Source: Acidobacteriota bacterium
GTDB lineage: Bacteria > Acidobacteriota > UBA6911 > RPQK01 > JAJDTT01
NCBI GenBank assembly: GCA_965217775.1
Contig: CBDCJH010000002.1
Span: 256,001 to 320,000 of the forward strand
Length of the DNA: 64,000 nt
Direction of reading: 5' to 3'
Below, piece after piece: positions 28,274 through 38,836 of this stretch (within the stretch, counting starts at the first letter, position 1; every line of letters begins with the position of its first letter). Below the pieces are notes generated by a model. That model ran no database searches. It was not told the origin of the DNA and saw nothing but the letters and a program-made list of their open reading frames with translations. The translations under genes were made by a program, and so were the position numbers.

Positions 28274-29515
28274 CTAGCCGGGAATCTCCCAGTAGGAGCC
28301 CCGAATGCTGGTGACCCCGTCTGGTTCTTCCCCGTAGTAGATGGTGAACAGATGCCCCGGCCGGTATTCGATGGTCACCGGGTAGCCCAGATTCCGGTTC
28401 GGGAAATCGCCCTGGATCAGGAACTCCTGCTCGTAGTCCCAGGTCTGACCGCCGTCGCGGCTCTGGCAGGCTCGGATCCCGAAAGGCGAGCGGCGATGGC
28501 CGTAAGTGACCAACAGCCGGCCGTCGGAAAGGTGCAGCAGGTGCCCCGGATAGCCCCAGACGCGGGTCTTGCGGACGGGGGTCCAGGTGGATCCATTGTC
28601 CGAGGACTCGCTCTGGTGCAGGTAGCGGGTGCTGGTGCGAATCATGGCCACCACCTTCCCGCTGGGAAGGACTGCCGCCGTGGGTTCGGAAAAATCACCT
28701 TCGTCCACCTTTCCGACGACCACCGGACGGCTCCAGGTCAAACCGCCGTCCCGGGATCGCACCGCATAGGCGGTACGATTCAGCGGGTGGTCCGCAGTGA
28801 CCATGAGGACGCTTCCGTCCTGCAGTTGAGCTACGCCCCGGGGCGTATAGCCTCCCATGTAGGGTTCGGTGGGGATCCGGACCGTTCGGTCCCAGGTGCG
28901 GCCTCCGTCGGAGCTCAAGTGGACGTAGCAGCCGCCGTTGGCCCGGGCCCAAGGGTAAAGGCTCCGGTCAAAAGCGGAGTCGGAAGCTGCCGGCAGCCAA
29001 CCCCCTTCTCGGCTGGTTCTGAGCCAGATCTCCTCTCCCTGGGACGCGAGTTTCCTCCCCTGGGCCAGGGGATACCAGAGGAACTGCCACTGGTTCAGGA
29101 CCACCGTCCCGTCCCGAAGTTGGGCCAGGCCCGGGCACTCGACCCCGTACCAGTCCCAGTTGGGCGCGGCCTCCGGAGGGCTCCAGGTGCGGCCCTCGTC
29201 GTCGGAACGGGAGATCAGGTTGTGGAAGTGGGGATCACCCGGCGGGTGGGTGTAGGGGGTGATTCTCTGGCACTCGTTGAACGCAGTGACCCACTCGCCG
29301 TTGGCCAGCCGCACGATGGAAGCATGGGAGCAATAGGCAAAGGGATCGCGGTAGATGATGATGTCCCGGCGATTCGGGGCCGGCTGCGTGTGGGGATTGG
29401 GCTCACCGGGATCACCGTTGTACTGCGCTCCAGCCGGAGCCGTCGAGAGGACCGCCGCCAAGGCGCCGCCTCGTTTCAGAAACTCTCTTCGCTGGAACGA
29501 TTCTGGATAAGTCAT
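28274..29515 (-). CDS. Tat-exported BNR/Asp-box sialidase-family protein
   Basis: QRREFLK twin-arginine signal; Asp boxes SDDEGRTW, SSDGGRTW, SRDGGLTW, SSDNGSTW, SRDGGQTW. Confidence 0.85.
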   Translation of the reverse strand: MTYPESFQRREFLKRGGALAAVLSTAPAGAQYNGDPGEPNPHTQPAPNRRDIIIYRDPFAYCSHASIVRLANGEWVTAFNECQRITPYTHPPGDPHFHNLISRSDDEGRTWSPPEAAPNWDWYGVECPGLAQLRDGTVVLNQWQFLWYPLAQGRKLASQGEEIWLRTSREGGWLPAASDSAFDRSLYPWARANGGCYVHLSSDGGRTWDRTVRIPTEPYMGGYTPRGVAQLQDGSVLMVTADHPLNRTAYAVRSRDGGLTWSRPVVVGKVDEGDFSEPTAAVLPSGKVVAMIRTSTRYLHQSESSDNGSTWTPVRKTRVWGYPGHLLHLSDGRLLVTYGHRRSPFGIRACQSRDGGQTWDYEQEFLIQGDFPNRNLGYPVTIEYRPGHLFTIYYGEEPDGVTSIRGSYWEIPG

Positions 29516-29675
29516 GACTTTTCACAGTCTAACCCGGATTTTTGGAGGTCGGCAACCCGCAGCCCAAGGCGAGTGCGAACCCCATATCCGAAGTCTTGGA
29601 GAACGAGGTCCGGTTCCTCCAGGCGCGTTATCATTACTGACCCGCCGGATCGAAAATTGACTGTCTGAGAGGCTC

Positions 29676-30707
29676 CTAGCGGCCGATCAGGGACTTGCGG
29701 AGCTCCGCCAGTTCCTTCTGGAGCCGCCTGACCGTCTTCACCAACTCGGGGAATCGGTGCATCAGGATGTAGTTCCGTTTCCAGAGTGTGGTTTCCATCT
29801 CCGGTGATCCGGAGACGACGGTCCCCGGGGGAACGTCCCGCCCGATGCCGGTCTGAGCCGTCGCCACGACCCGGTCTCCGATCTTCAGATGGCCGGCCAC
29901 GCCCACCTGCCCCGCCAGGGTCACGTGGTTCCCGATGGTGGTGGTCCCGGCGAGCCCGGTCTGGGACGCCAGAATATTGTGGGACCCGAGGGTCGAACCG
30001 TGTCCGATCTGGACCAGGTTGTCGATTTTCGTCCCTTTCCCGATACGAGTCTCACCCACGGTTCCCCGGTCGATGCAGGCATTGGCGCCCACCTCCACGT
30101 CGTCTTCCAGAATCACCACGCCCGACTGGACCATCTTGAAGTAGCTGCCGTCGGCACGGGGAGCGAACCCGAATCCGTCGCCTCCGATGACGGCCCCGTT
30201 CTGGAGGATCACGCGGTCGCCCAGCCGGCAGTGCTCACGTACCACGGCGTTGGAATGGGCCACGAAGTCGTCGCCGATTCGGGCGTGGGGATAGACGACC
30301 ACGTTGGGGTAGATCACGGCGTTGCGGCCCACCCGGACCCCGTCGCCGATGACCGTATGGGCTCCGGCGGAGTGGTTCTCTCCCAGTTCGGCGGTCTCGG
30401 CGATGATGGCCGTGGGGTGGATTCCCCGAGTGACGGACGGGGGCCGGTAAAAAAGGGGGATGGCACGAGCGAATGCCAGGTAAGGATTGTCGCTGAGCAG
30501 CGTCGGAAGGCCGGTATCGGGCGCGTCCCGCGACACCACGATGGCTCCGGCTCGAGTCGACGGGATCTTGGAGTAGTACTTGGGATTGGAGACGAAAGTG
30601 AGTTGGGTCGCCGTCGCCTCCTCGATGCCGGCCACCCCGTCGATCTCGGTTTCAGGCGATCCCCGGAGTTCGCAGTTCAGTTCCTGGGCGAGATCTCCAA
30701 GCTTCAT
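29676..30707 (-). CDS. lpxD: UDP-3-O-acylglucosamine N-acyltransferase
   Basis: Hexapeptide repeats, IGGDGFGF, VEVGANACIDRG, TKIDNLVQIGH. Confidence 0.96.
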   Translation of the reverse strand: MKLGDLAQELNCELRGSPETEIDGVAGIEEATATQLTFVSNPKYYSKIPSTRAGAIVVSRDAPDTGLPTLLSDNPYLAFARAIPLFYRPPSVTRGIHPTAIIAETAELGENHSAGAHTVIGDGVRVGRNAVIYPNVVVYPHARIGDDFVAHSNAVVREHCRLGDRVILQNGAVIGGDGFGFAPRADGSYFKMVQSGVVILEDDVEVGANACIDRGTVGETRIGKGTKIDNLVQIGHGSTLGSHNILASQTGLAGTTTIGNHVTLAGQVGVAGHLKIGDRVVATAQTGIGRDVPPGTVVSGSPEMETTLWKRNYILMHRFPELVKTVRRLQKELAELRKSLIGR

Positions 30708-30818
30708 TCCGTACCCCGTGACACCCGAACCTGCGGGTCAGATGAGAATGATAGCGTAACCGCGGGTTGACGCGTTTGGTAACGCCGGTTTCGATTCCCT
30801 CAAGCAAGTGACCGCGGG

Positions 30819-32426
30819 ATGGTCCAAGCCGACAATCAGGAGTCCCAACGAAGGATTCGGTCGACTCGAGCCGCCCGGAGCATCAGCGCCGCCGTTTTAC
30901 TCAGCCGGATACTGGGTCTGGTCCGGGACCGGTTCTTGGCGCGGCTCTTCGGAGCCGGGGCCTACATGGACGCCTACAACGTGGCGTTCCGGATACCCAA
31001 TCTCTTCCGCGATCTCGTCGCCGAAGGAGCATTGAGCTCGGCGTTCGTCCCCACCTTCACGGAGATCCTTCGCCAGCAGGGCAAAGAAGAAGCGTGGCGC
31101 CTGGCCAATCTGGTGGTCAGCGCTCTGCTCTTCGTTCTGGGGCTGCTGGCGGTGGCGTTCTTCGCCCTGTCCGATTATTGGGTCTATCTGCTGGCGGCGG
31201 GGTTTGCGAGCGATCCAGGCAAGCTCGAGGTCACCTCCCACTTGGTTCGGATTCTCTCCCCCTTCCTGATTTTCGTCTCCGTGGCCTCGATCCTGATGGG
31301 GATGCTGAACGCGCTGAATCGCTACTTCGTCCCCGCGCTCGCCCCGGCGCTGTTCAACCTGGCCCTCATTTTTTTCTGTATTTTCATCGTCCCCTGGTTC
31401 GAGTACGAAGGGATCCTTGCCGTCTATGCCGTGGCTCTGGGCGCCCTGGTGGGCGGGGCTCTTCAATGCGCTATCCAGTTCCCCCTCCTCTACCGGCAGG
31501 GATACCGATTCCGTTTGGGTCTCGACTTCCGGCACCCGGCGCTGCGCCGGATCGGGCGGCTGGTAGCGCCGGCTCTACTGGGAGTCAGCGCGCTTCAGAT
31601 CAACGTTCTGGTCAACACGCAGTTGGCCTCGTTATTGGGCGGCGACGGACCCATCTCCTGGCTCAACTTCGCGTTCCGGATCATGTACCTGCCCATCGGA
31701 CTCTGTGGAGTGGCGGTGGGCGTGGTGAATCTCCGCGAGGTGTCGATTTCGGCCGCCCGGGAAGAATGGGACGGGCTCAAGGCGATGGTGGCCCATTCGG
31801 TCAAGACCGTCTCGCTGATTGCTCTGCCCGCCGGTGTCGGGCTCCTGATCCTGGCCGGACCCATCGTCCGTCTGCTCTTCGAAACCGGCGAGTTCACCGC
31901 CGAGGCCACCCAAAAGACCGCTTCCGCCTTGATCTGTTATTCCTTCGGGCTGTTCGCCTACAGTTGCATCAAGGTCTACGCCCCCACCTTCTATGCCTTG
32001 GGAGACACGCGGACGCCGGTGCGGAGCAGTCTGATCGCCGTCGCCACGAATCTGGCCGTGAACCTGCTCCTGATCTGGCTGCTTCCCCCCGCCCACAAGT
32101 ATCTGGGTCTGGCTCTGGGGACGGCCGTTTCGGTCTGGGTGAATCTGGCTCTCCTGATCCGTGCCTTCGGTCGCAGAGTGGGCTCGTCGGCGTCGCATCG
32201 AGTGGCTTCCACCGTGGCCAAGAACCTGGGGGCGTCGATCCTCATGGGGATCCTGGTCGTATTGCTGGGGAGCTATTTCCAACTGGATGTGGCTCGAAGC
32301 ACGTGGCTGGGGGACGCGGCGGCGCTCTTCGGATGCATCGGCGCCGGAGCTCTCTTCTATTTTGCCTGTTGCCGCCTCCTGGGTGTCGAGGAGGTCGGAC
32401 ACCTTTTTGCCCGACTGAGAAAATGA
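30819..32426 (+). CDS. murJ: Lipid II flippase MurJ
   Basis: SRILGLVRD, AFRIPNLFRDLVAEGALSSAFVP, many TM helices. Confidence 0.96.
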   Translation: MVQADNQESQRRIRSTRAARSISAAVLLSRILGLVRDRFLARLFGAGAYMDAYNVAFRIPNLFRDLVAEGALSSAFVPTFTEILRQQGKEEAWRLANLVVSALLFVLGLLAVAFFALSDYWVYLLAAGFASDPGKLEVTSHLVRILSPFLIFVSVASILMGMLNALNRYFVPALAPALFNLALIFFCIFIVPWFEYEGILAVYAVALGALVGGALQCAIQFPLLYRQGYRFRLGLDFRHPALRRIGRLVAPALLGVSALQINVLVNTQLASLLGGDGPISWLNFAFRIMYLPIGLCGVAVGVVNLREVSISAAREEWDGLKAMVAHSVKTVSLIALPAGVGLLILAGPIVRLLFETGEFTAEATQKTASALICYSFGLFAYSCIKVYAPTFYALGDTRTPVRSSLIAVATNLAVNLLLIWLLPPAHKYLGLALGTAVSVWVNLALLIRAFGRRVGSSASHRVASTVAKNLGASILMGILVVLLGSYFQLDVARSTWLGDAAALFGCIGAGALFYFACCRLLGVEEVGHLFARLRK

Positions 32427-33322
32427 AGGACGAAACGCGCCGGCGGGCCTTCGAGAGCTATATCAACTACCTGGTCGTGGAGCGGGGGCTCTCCCCCAAC
32501 ACGGTCGAAGCCTATCGCCGGGATCTTCTGGAGTTCCTCGCTTTCCTGGAGGAACGTGAGCTGGAGTTGAACCAGGCGGAAAGACAGGATCTGTTCAATT
32601 TTGTGCGCCGCCTGCACCAAAGGCTCTCGGTCTCCTCCATCATGCGTAAGATCGTCAGTCTTCGATCCTTCTACCGTTTTTTGCTTTTGGACAGGTACGT
32701 GGAGAAGGATCCCACCGAGACCCTGGAATCGCCCAAGCTCTGGAGAAGACTGCCGATCTATCTGGAGCCGGACGAGGTCGAACGTCTTCTGGAGGGTCCG
32801 GATCTCTCCACTCCATACGGCCTGCGGGACCGCACCATGCTGGAGGTTCTCTATGCCACCGGTCTGCGGGTCACGGAACTGGTCCAGGTCCGGGTCCGCG
32901 AGGTGAGTCTGGAGGCGCGTTTCTTGCGGACCATGGGCAAAGGAAGCAAGGAGCGATTGGTTCCGCTGGGGGACGAGGCCGCGGAGTTCGTGGACGCCTA
33001 TCAGCGGGAGGCAAGGCCCTATTTTCTCCACCAGCGTTTCTCGAGTCCGTTCCTCTTTCTGACCCGGCGGGGCGGACCCATGACCCGCCAGAATTTCTGG
33101 AAATTGACCCGGAACTACGGCAGGAGGGCGGGAATCGACGGAAAGCTGAGTCCCCACGTGCTGCGTCACAGCTTTGCCACTCACCTGCTGGAAAATGGAG
33201 CCGACTTGAGGGCGGTCCAGGTGATGCTGGGGCATGCCGACATCTCCACCACCCAGATCTATACCCACGTCAGCCGGGAGCGCCTGAAGAAGGTCTACAA
33301 CAAGTTCCACCCCCGGGCGTGA
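32423..33322 (+). CDS. xerD: Site-specific tyrosine recombinase XerD
   Basis: VERGLSPNTVEAYRRDL, LYATGLRVTEL, GKGSKERLVP, SPHVLRHSFATHLLENGADLRAVQVMLGHADISTTQIYTHV. ATGA overlap with murJ. Confidence 0.95.
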   Translation: MKDETRRRAFESYINYLVVERGLSPNTVEAYRRDLLEFLAFLEERELELNQAERQDLFNFVRRLHQRLSVSSIMRKIVSLRSFYRFLLLDRYVEKDPTETLESPKLWRRLPIYLEPDEVERLLEGPDLSTPYGLRDRTMLEVLYATGLRVTELVQVRVREVSLEARFLRTMGKGSKERLVPLGDEAAEFVDAYQREARPYFLHQRFSSPFLFLTRRGGPMTRQNFWKLTRNYGRRAGIDGKLSPHVLRHSFATHLLENGADLRAVQVMLGHADISTTQIYTHVSRERLKKVYNKFHPRA

Positions 33323-33387
33323 ACCCGGTTCACGCACCACGTACCATGGCGGGACCACGGAATCTCGGCGCGAAAGGAATCTGATCC

Positions 33388-33909
33388 ATGCGAACTCTCT
33401 GCTGCCAGCTCTTGAACAGCTCTCTGGGCACCTTTCTCCTGGCCGCCTCCGATCAGGGGCTCTGCCGGTTGCTCCTCCCCGGCGAAGCGGACTGTTCCGG
33501 ATGGTTCGACAGGCATTTCGGGGGGCCGGCAGCTCCGGGATGGAACCCGGTTCTGCGGCGTGCAACGGCGCAGTTGGGGCAGTTCCTGGCGGGGGAAAGA
33601 CGAGAGTTCGATCTGGAGCTGGATCTGAGGGGGACGCCGTTCCAGATTGAGGTCTGGACCCGGCTGCGATCGATCCCCTTCGGCCAGACGCGAAGCTATG
33701 GCGAGGTGGCGGCCGGGATCGGGCGTCCCGGCTCCTCGCGCGCGGTGGGTGCGGCAACGGGCCGCAACCCACTACCCTTGGTGGTTCCCTGCCACCGGGT
33801 CATCGGTTCCAATGGACGCCTGGTGGGTTATGCGGGCGGTCTGGACCTGAAGCGGCAGTTGCTGGAGTTGGAAGGCGTCACCGTTCCGGGTCCGGCTGCC
33901 GCCAGATAG
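33388..33909 (+). CDS. ogt: Methylated-DNA--protein-cysteine methyltransferase
   Basis: GTPFQIEVW, RAVGAA, VPCHRVIG active-site motif. Confidence 0.93.
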   Translation: MRTLCCQLLNSSLGTFLLAASDQGLCRLLLPGEADCSGWFDRHFGGPAAPGWNPVLRRATAQLGQFLAGERREFDLELDLRGTPFQIEVWTRLRSIPFGQTRSYGEVAAGIGRPGSSRAVGAATGRNPLPLVVPCHRVIGSNGRLVGYAGGLDLKRQLLELEGVTVPGPAAAR

Positions 33910-33987
33910 GAGACTCTGGACCCGGAGGGCAACTCTCGTCGCCGATGGACTCGGAAGAACTTCCCCAGGCACTCCTCAAATTCCGCG

Positions 33988-35370
33988 CTATCGCTCCTCA
34001 ACTTCCTGCTCTGGCGCCGGCACCGCCGGGTCATCGGTCAAACGCCCCAACATCTCATAGATTCGAATGATGCAATGATCCACGATCCGTTCGCCGGCGC
34101 CCGGTTCGATTCGAGCCCAGATATTCTTGGCACCGTGGCCGCCTTCGGTGGCCGCACGAATGGTCGGAAAGTAGCTGAAGAATCCGTTCGCGTAACCCAG
34201 GAAGAAACTATCGGAGACAGGAGACCGCTCGCGCCAGTTCATCTGGAACTCAATAAACGGCTCGCCCGGCATTCCCATGAATGCAATTTGCTTGTTGATC
34301 AGAATGGTGGTGACGGGAACTCGCTTTTCCGGCTTGATTTCGGGCAGATAGTACTGGCGGAGTTCGGGTTCCACACTCTTCTCAAAGGCTTTCATGTACT
34401 TTTCCAGGTCCCAGCGAAAACCGAACGTCAGCCAATCTTCGGAGAAATCGAGGCTCGCTTCAGGGGACGGTTCGGTCCGGATCTTCTTGGCCACGCGAAC
34501 GGCTTCCTCGCCTAGCGTTTCCCCGCTCCACTCCATTCTTGCGACCGGGTCTTCTGCAAGAGGCACGCCCGTGTAATAGGTGTCGATGTCGCCGGCGCCG
34601 CCGTTCAGGAAGAACCCCATGGTCTGAGGGCCGAAAGCCTCTTCCACGGTATTGCACATGACTCCGGGGAAATCGGCCGAATACTGCTTGAGGTTCGCCA
34701 TCACCACCACCGGGTGGCAGGCGTAGTTCACGAGAATGGCCAATGGCTTTCGGTTTTCGGTGTCTATGCGCAGGACTGCCACCGTGGGATCGAAGGGGGC
34801 GGTAGGAATCCTGGTCGGGTTCCTGAACATCATGGTCACGGTGCCGTCCGGGTTCAGTTTTCTCCGGTTGTGGCCGATGTAGGCCATTCCGTAACCTGTA
34901 CCCAGCCACGCCTCCGCCGCCCGCCCGTGAGCTTTTTCAGTGGCTTTTGCGATTTTCGCGACGGCGTCCTCCTGCCAGGCCACCATGCCGGTCAAGGGAA
35001 AATTTTCATTGATGGGAATAATGGGAGCGGAGTGAGTGTGGGTCGCGACCATGAGCACAAAGGAGATTCCGCTTGATTCCTTGACTTGTTGGCGCAGACG
35101 CTCCATCAAGGGTTCCTGAAAGACCCGGCAGAGATCGACCGTGATCAGTGCCAGCCGTGTTTGATCAACCTCCAGCACCAGGACGCGCGCGTACAGTGGG
35201 TCATGGGCTCCGGTGGCCAGCGTCGTCCCGGAACCGAGCATGTATTTGCCCGGAGCCGGAGTAATATCAACCTTGGCCACCCCGGCTCTCAGGTTGGAAC
35301 CATGCACCCACGGGCTCACCGTCAGGCCCAACAGACAAATACCAAAGCCAACCTTTTTCAGATCCGTCAT
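33988..35370 (-). CDS. Neutral/alkaline ceramidase-like protein
   Basis: AGVAKVDITP, HDPLYARVLVL, ATHTHSAP, NYACHP, GGAGD, PGEPF, GYANG. Start after GAGGAG RBS. Confidence 0.8.
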   Translation of the reverse strand: MTDLKKVGFGICLLGLTVSPWVHGSNLRAGVAKVDITPAPGKYMLGSGTTLATGAHDPLYARVLVLEVDQTRLALITVDLCRVFQEPLMERLRQQVKESSGISFVLMVATHTHSAPIIPINENFPLTGMVAWQEDAVAKIAKATEKAHGRAAEAWLGTGYGMAYIGHNRRKLNPDGTVTMMFRNPTRIPTAPFDPTVAVLRIDTENRKPLAILVNYACHPVVVMANLKQYSADFPGVMCNTVEEAFGPQTMGFFLNGGAGDIDTYYTGVPLAEDPVARMEWSGETLGEEAVRVAKKIRTEPSPEASLDFSEDWLTFGFRWDLEKYMKAFEKSVEPELRQYYLPEIKPEKRVPVTTILINKQIAFMGMPGEPFIEFQMNWRERSPVSDSFFLGYANGFFSYFPTIRAATEGGHGAKNIWARIEPGAGERIVDHCIIRIYEMLGRLTDDPAVPAPEQEVEER

Positions 35371-35499
35371 TGGATTCTCCTCGATTGTAAGAAGTTGCTG
35401 AAGACACTTCGCCTCAGACCCGTTGGCAGTGTATTCGACGCCTGAAAAAAAGAACGGCAAGACGTGAGTCTGCCTGTTTCCCCAACGGCGAACTGACGA

Positions 35500-36651
35500 T
35501 TATTGAGGCTTTTCTTGAAGACCACTCTCGATGGCGAGATGTTTTTCCCGCCTCATTTTCTGTTGAATCGCCTGAAAGCGCTGAAGTTCCTCCAGGGCTT
35601 TTCCCACGTTTCCCAATTTCTTATGGATCTGGGCCAATTGATAGTGGGGAGCAGGTTCATCGGGGTCCAGGGCGATGGCCCGTTCTACGGCTGCTGCTGC
35701 CTCCTCCCAACGCCCCTTGCCGGCATACGCCTTCGAGAGTTCCAAAAATGCTTGGGGGAGCCGGTCGTTGGCACGCAACACTATGTTGAGATGCAGAATC
35801 GCCTCGTCAAACTCCTGCTCCATATTCTTGATGACAGCCAGGTTCAGACGTGCGATCGGAAGATCCGATTCCAATTCGAGCGCCTTCTCCAGATAGGGCC
35901 GGCCGTCTTCGTACAGCCCCTTCTCCAGGTATAGAATCCCCACAGCCTGGTTGAGTCCAGCCAGATTCGGGTCAAGGGCAAGTGCTTTGTGGTATTCGCT
36001 CAGGGCCTCCTCCGGACGGCCCTGAAAAACGTACGCCTCAGCCCGTACCTGATGGGTTCGGGAGGAGCCGGAGTCGAGCTTACGGAGCCGTTCGTAAATT
36101 TGCTCGAACTCGACAAACTTTCTGGTGTTGAGGTAGGCCTGCGCCAGCATGTGAAGGACCGGGACATGGCCGGGATCTCTTCGGGTCACCTCCTGGAGCA
36201 AATCGATCGCCTCACCGAAACGGTTCAGCGCCAAATAAGATCCAGCCAGGCACAACTGAAGGCTGATGTCCCCGGGACGAGCGGCGATAGCCCGCCCAAG
36301 AGGACCGAGTGCTTTCTCGTATTCGTAAAGAAGATAGTAATCGAGCCCCAGAAAAAGGTTCGCCTCGATCATGTCGGGATCGAGCTGCAATGTTTTTTGG
36401 AAGGCTCCTGTGGCCGCTTCATATTTCCCCTGGAAGTGACGGGCAAGACCCAGCCCATAATTGGCATCGGCGCTTTCGGGAGACAGCCTCAATATGGCCA
36501 GGTAGGTCTGCTCGGCTGAAACCCAATCTTGTCGTTTTGCCGCCTCGGAAGCCTGTTGGTAGTATTGCCCGAGCTGTTGCCGCTGGGGTGGAGTCTGAAG
36601 ACCTGAAAGCAGGAGCCCCGAGAGCAAGAGACCGACCAGCATTGCAGGCAA
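35500..36651 (-). CDS. Tetratricopeptide repeat protein
   Basis: Signal peptide and tandem TPR units ending HYQLAQIHKKLG. Confidence 0.87.
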   Translation of the reverse strand: MPAMLVGLLLSGLLLSGLQTPPQRQQLGQYYQQASEAAKRQDWVSAEQTYLAILRLSPESADANYGLGLARHFQGKYEAATGAFQKTLQLDPDMIEANLFLGLDYYLLYEYEKALGPLGRAIAARPGDISLQLCLAGSYLALNRFGEAIDLLQEVTRRDPGHVPVLHMLAQAYLNTRKFVEFEQIYERLRKLDSGSSRTHQVRAEAYVFQGRPEEALSEYHKALALDPNLAGLNQAVGILYLEKGLYEDGRPYLEKALELESDLPIARLNLAVIKNMEQEFDEAILHLNIVLRANDRLPQAFLELSKAYAGKGRWEEAAAAVERAIALDPDEPAPHYQLAQIHKKLGNVGKALEELQRFQAIQQKMRREKHLAIESGLQEKPQ

Positions 36652-36721
36652 AACCTACCAAGGCCGGCAGTCGGCATTCAAGTTCGGGTCAGGAGAGAAG
36701 CACGGTTTAGGAGGTCCCTCC

Positions 36722-38770
36722 ATGGTGCGAGCAAATTCACGGAGCGGGGACCGCTCCCACCTTCAATACCAGGTGAAAATCCTCTACACGCGCGTGCCGA
36801 TGCGCGACGGAGTGGAGCTGGGAGTGAAGATAACGCGGCCGGACGCGGAAGGCCGATTCCCGGCGGTAATGGAATACAACCCTTATCGCCGCATCAGAAA
36901 ACCCTTGGCCGACTATCGAGAGGAGTACCCCCCAGTCGTTCCCTACCTGGCCGGGCGCGGATATGTCATTGCCCAATTCGACGTGCGTGGTACGGGCAAT
37001 TCGAGTGGATGGAGCAAGGACATCTACTCTGCGGACGAGCGGCAGGACGGGTACGACATGGTGGAATGGATCGCCGCCCAATCCTGGTGCAACGGCAACG
37101 TGGGGATGATCGGCAAGTCCTACAGTGCAGTGGTGCAGTGGCAAGTCGCGGTGCAGGCGCCCCCCCATCTGAAAGCCATCATTGTGCGCTCGGCCAATGA
37201 CAACGTCTATACCGAGTGGACCTATCCGGGGGGTGTCCTTCGTCCCTACATGTTCGACAGTTACTCCGCTCTGATGAACGCCTACAATTTCTCGCCTCCC
37301 GACCCGGAGATCGTGGGAGAGAAGTGGAGCGAGATCTGGCAACAGCGCCTGGAAAACAGCCAACCTTGGGGCATCGGTTACATTTCGAATCAACTGGATG
37401 GGCCCTATTGGCAAGACCGGTCGCTGTCGACGGACTACGGCGCGGTCCAATGTGCCGTTTTCGTAATTGCCGGCTGGTCGGACTGCTATCCCACGGCGCT
37501 GTTGCGTGCCTTCTCAAAACTGAAGGTTCCCCACAAGCGGGCCTTGGTGGGTCCCTGGGGGCACTGGTACGGCGAAGAAGAATGCGCCGTGCCCGGCCCC
37601 AGGATCGATACCCGTCCGCTGTACCTGAACTGGTTCGACCACTGGCTCAAAGGGATCGACAACGGGGTGATGGACGAGCCGCCGGTCACTTTCTTCGTCA
37701 AGCGGTACAGTCCGCCTTCCGCACGGATGCCCCTCGAAGAAAAGGGTTTCTGGCGATCGGAGCGAGAGTGGCCGATCGCCCGGACCCGGCGCACGCCCCT
37801 CTACTTTCATTCCCACGGGAAGCTGAGCCCGGAGCCCTGTGGCACGGTCGTTGAAGAGCGGGACGAATACCCTTACAACCCTGGCGTGGGAATCACCTCC
37901 GGGATTCACTGGGGGGGAGGCATACTGCCCTGGGGAACGCCCATCGACCAGCGCTGGGACGAGGCGTATTCGGTGACCTATACAACGCCTCCACTGGAAG
38001 AAGATCTGGAGGTGACGGGAACCCCCACGGCCGTCATCTACGTCTCCTCCACGGCCGAGGTGGCCTACTTTCGGGTCAAGCTCATCGATGTGGCGCCGGA
38101 CGGCACTTCCAAACTGGTTCGCTATGGAGGCTTGAATGCCACCCACCGCGACTCCCACTTCGATCCCGAGCCTCTTACACCCGGGCAAGTGTATGAACTC
38201 AAGATCGACCTGAAAACGATGTCCTATATTTTCGGGACCGGGCACCGGATTCGCGTGGCCATTGCCAGTGCCGACATCCAGAATGCCTGGCCCACAGCCG
38301 AACCTGCCATCAATACGATCCATCGAGGCAGCCGCTATCCGTCACATATCGTCTTGCCCGTGATCCCCGGGCAGAATGCAGAGCTGCCCCAGCCCGATCT
38401 GGTGCGATTGTCCAATGCCGACCCACAAGACTTGTCCACACCGGAGGAATACTCGATCACCCACGACCTTGTGAATCAGAAGACCATATTTCGCATTGCT
38501 CCGGTGCACGTGCCCGAATCGGCCGGTTTTGACCTGCAACAGCATTCCAGCCTCACCGTCTCCACTGTCAATCCTGCCGAGGCGGTACTGAAGGCCTATT
38601 GCGCCTACACTCTCAAGCAGTTGGGTTCAGACATACGGATAGAGGCCAATGAACTGACCACCAGTGATGAGACGGCTTTTCGCCACCTGGTGCAGTTGAC
38701 GATAACGGTCGATGGGAAGCTTCACTTCAACAAGAGCTGGTCTCGTACGGTGCCCCGACTCTTGAACTGA
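36722..38770 (+). CDS. CocE/NonD family serine hydrolase
   Basis: VPMRDGVEL, DVRGTGNS, WCNGNVGMIGKSY nucleophile elbow, VGPWGH, PepX_C-like tail. Confidence 0.92.
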   Translation: MVRANSRSGDRSHLQYQVKILYTRVPMRDGVELGVKITRPDAEGRFPAVMEYNPYRRIRKPLADYREEYPPVVPYLAGRGYVIAQFDVRGTGNSSGWSKDIYSADERQDGYDMVEWIAAQSWCNGNVGMIGKSYSAVVQWQVAVQAPPHLKAIIVRSANDNVYTEWTYPGGVLRPYMFDSYSALMNAYNFSPPDPEIVGEKWSEIWQQRLENSQPWGIGYISNQLDGPYWQDRSLSTDYGAVQCAVFVIAGWSDCYPTALLRAFSKLKVPHKRALVGPWGHWYGEEECAVPGPRIDTRPLYLNWFDHWLKGIDNGVMDEPPVTFFVKRYSPPSARMPLEEKGFWRSEREWPIARTRRTPLYFHSHGKLSPEPCGTVVEERDEYPYNPGVGITSGIHWGGGILPWGTPIDQRWDEAYSVTYTTPPLEEDLEVTGTPTAVIYVSSTAEVAYFRVKLIDVAPDGTSKLVRYGGLNATHRDSHFDPEPLTPGQVYELKIDLKTMSYIFGTGHRIRVAIASADIQNAWPTAEPAINTIHRGSRYPSHIVLPVIPGQNAELPQPDLVRLSNADPQDLSTPEEYSITHDLVNQKTIFRIAPVHVPESAGFDLQQHSSLTVSTVNPAEAVLKAYCAYTLKQLGSDIRIEANELTTSDETAFRHLVQLTITVDGKLHFNKSWSRTVPRLLN

Positions 38771-38836
38771 TTACGCTTTTTCAGGCCGGACTCGAAGGGA
38801 AGCACGGAAAAAGGGCCAGTAACTTTGTCGCCTTTT

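Noticed and set aside
25861-28314. 817-aa plus-strand ORF, and similar long antisense ORFs (e.g. 2150-3580, 21318-22646, 28124-29668)
   Set aside because: Antisense shadows of well-supported genes, expected in GC-rich DNA. No recognisable motifs.
31094-33322. 742-aa ORF suggesting a giant XerD fusion
   Set aside because: The first ~440 codons are an off-frame shadow of murJ. The real XerD starts at 32423.
32423-33322. Tyrosine recombinase as a prophage or island integrase
   Set aside because: The sequence is canonical XerD within a housekeeping operon, with no att sites or phage genes nearby.
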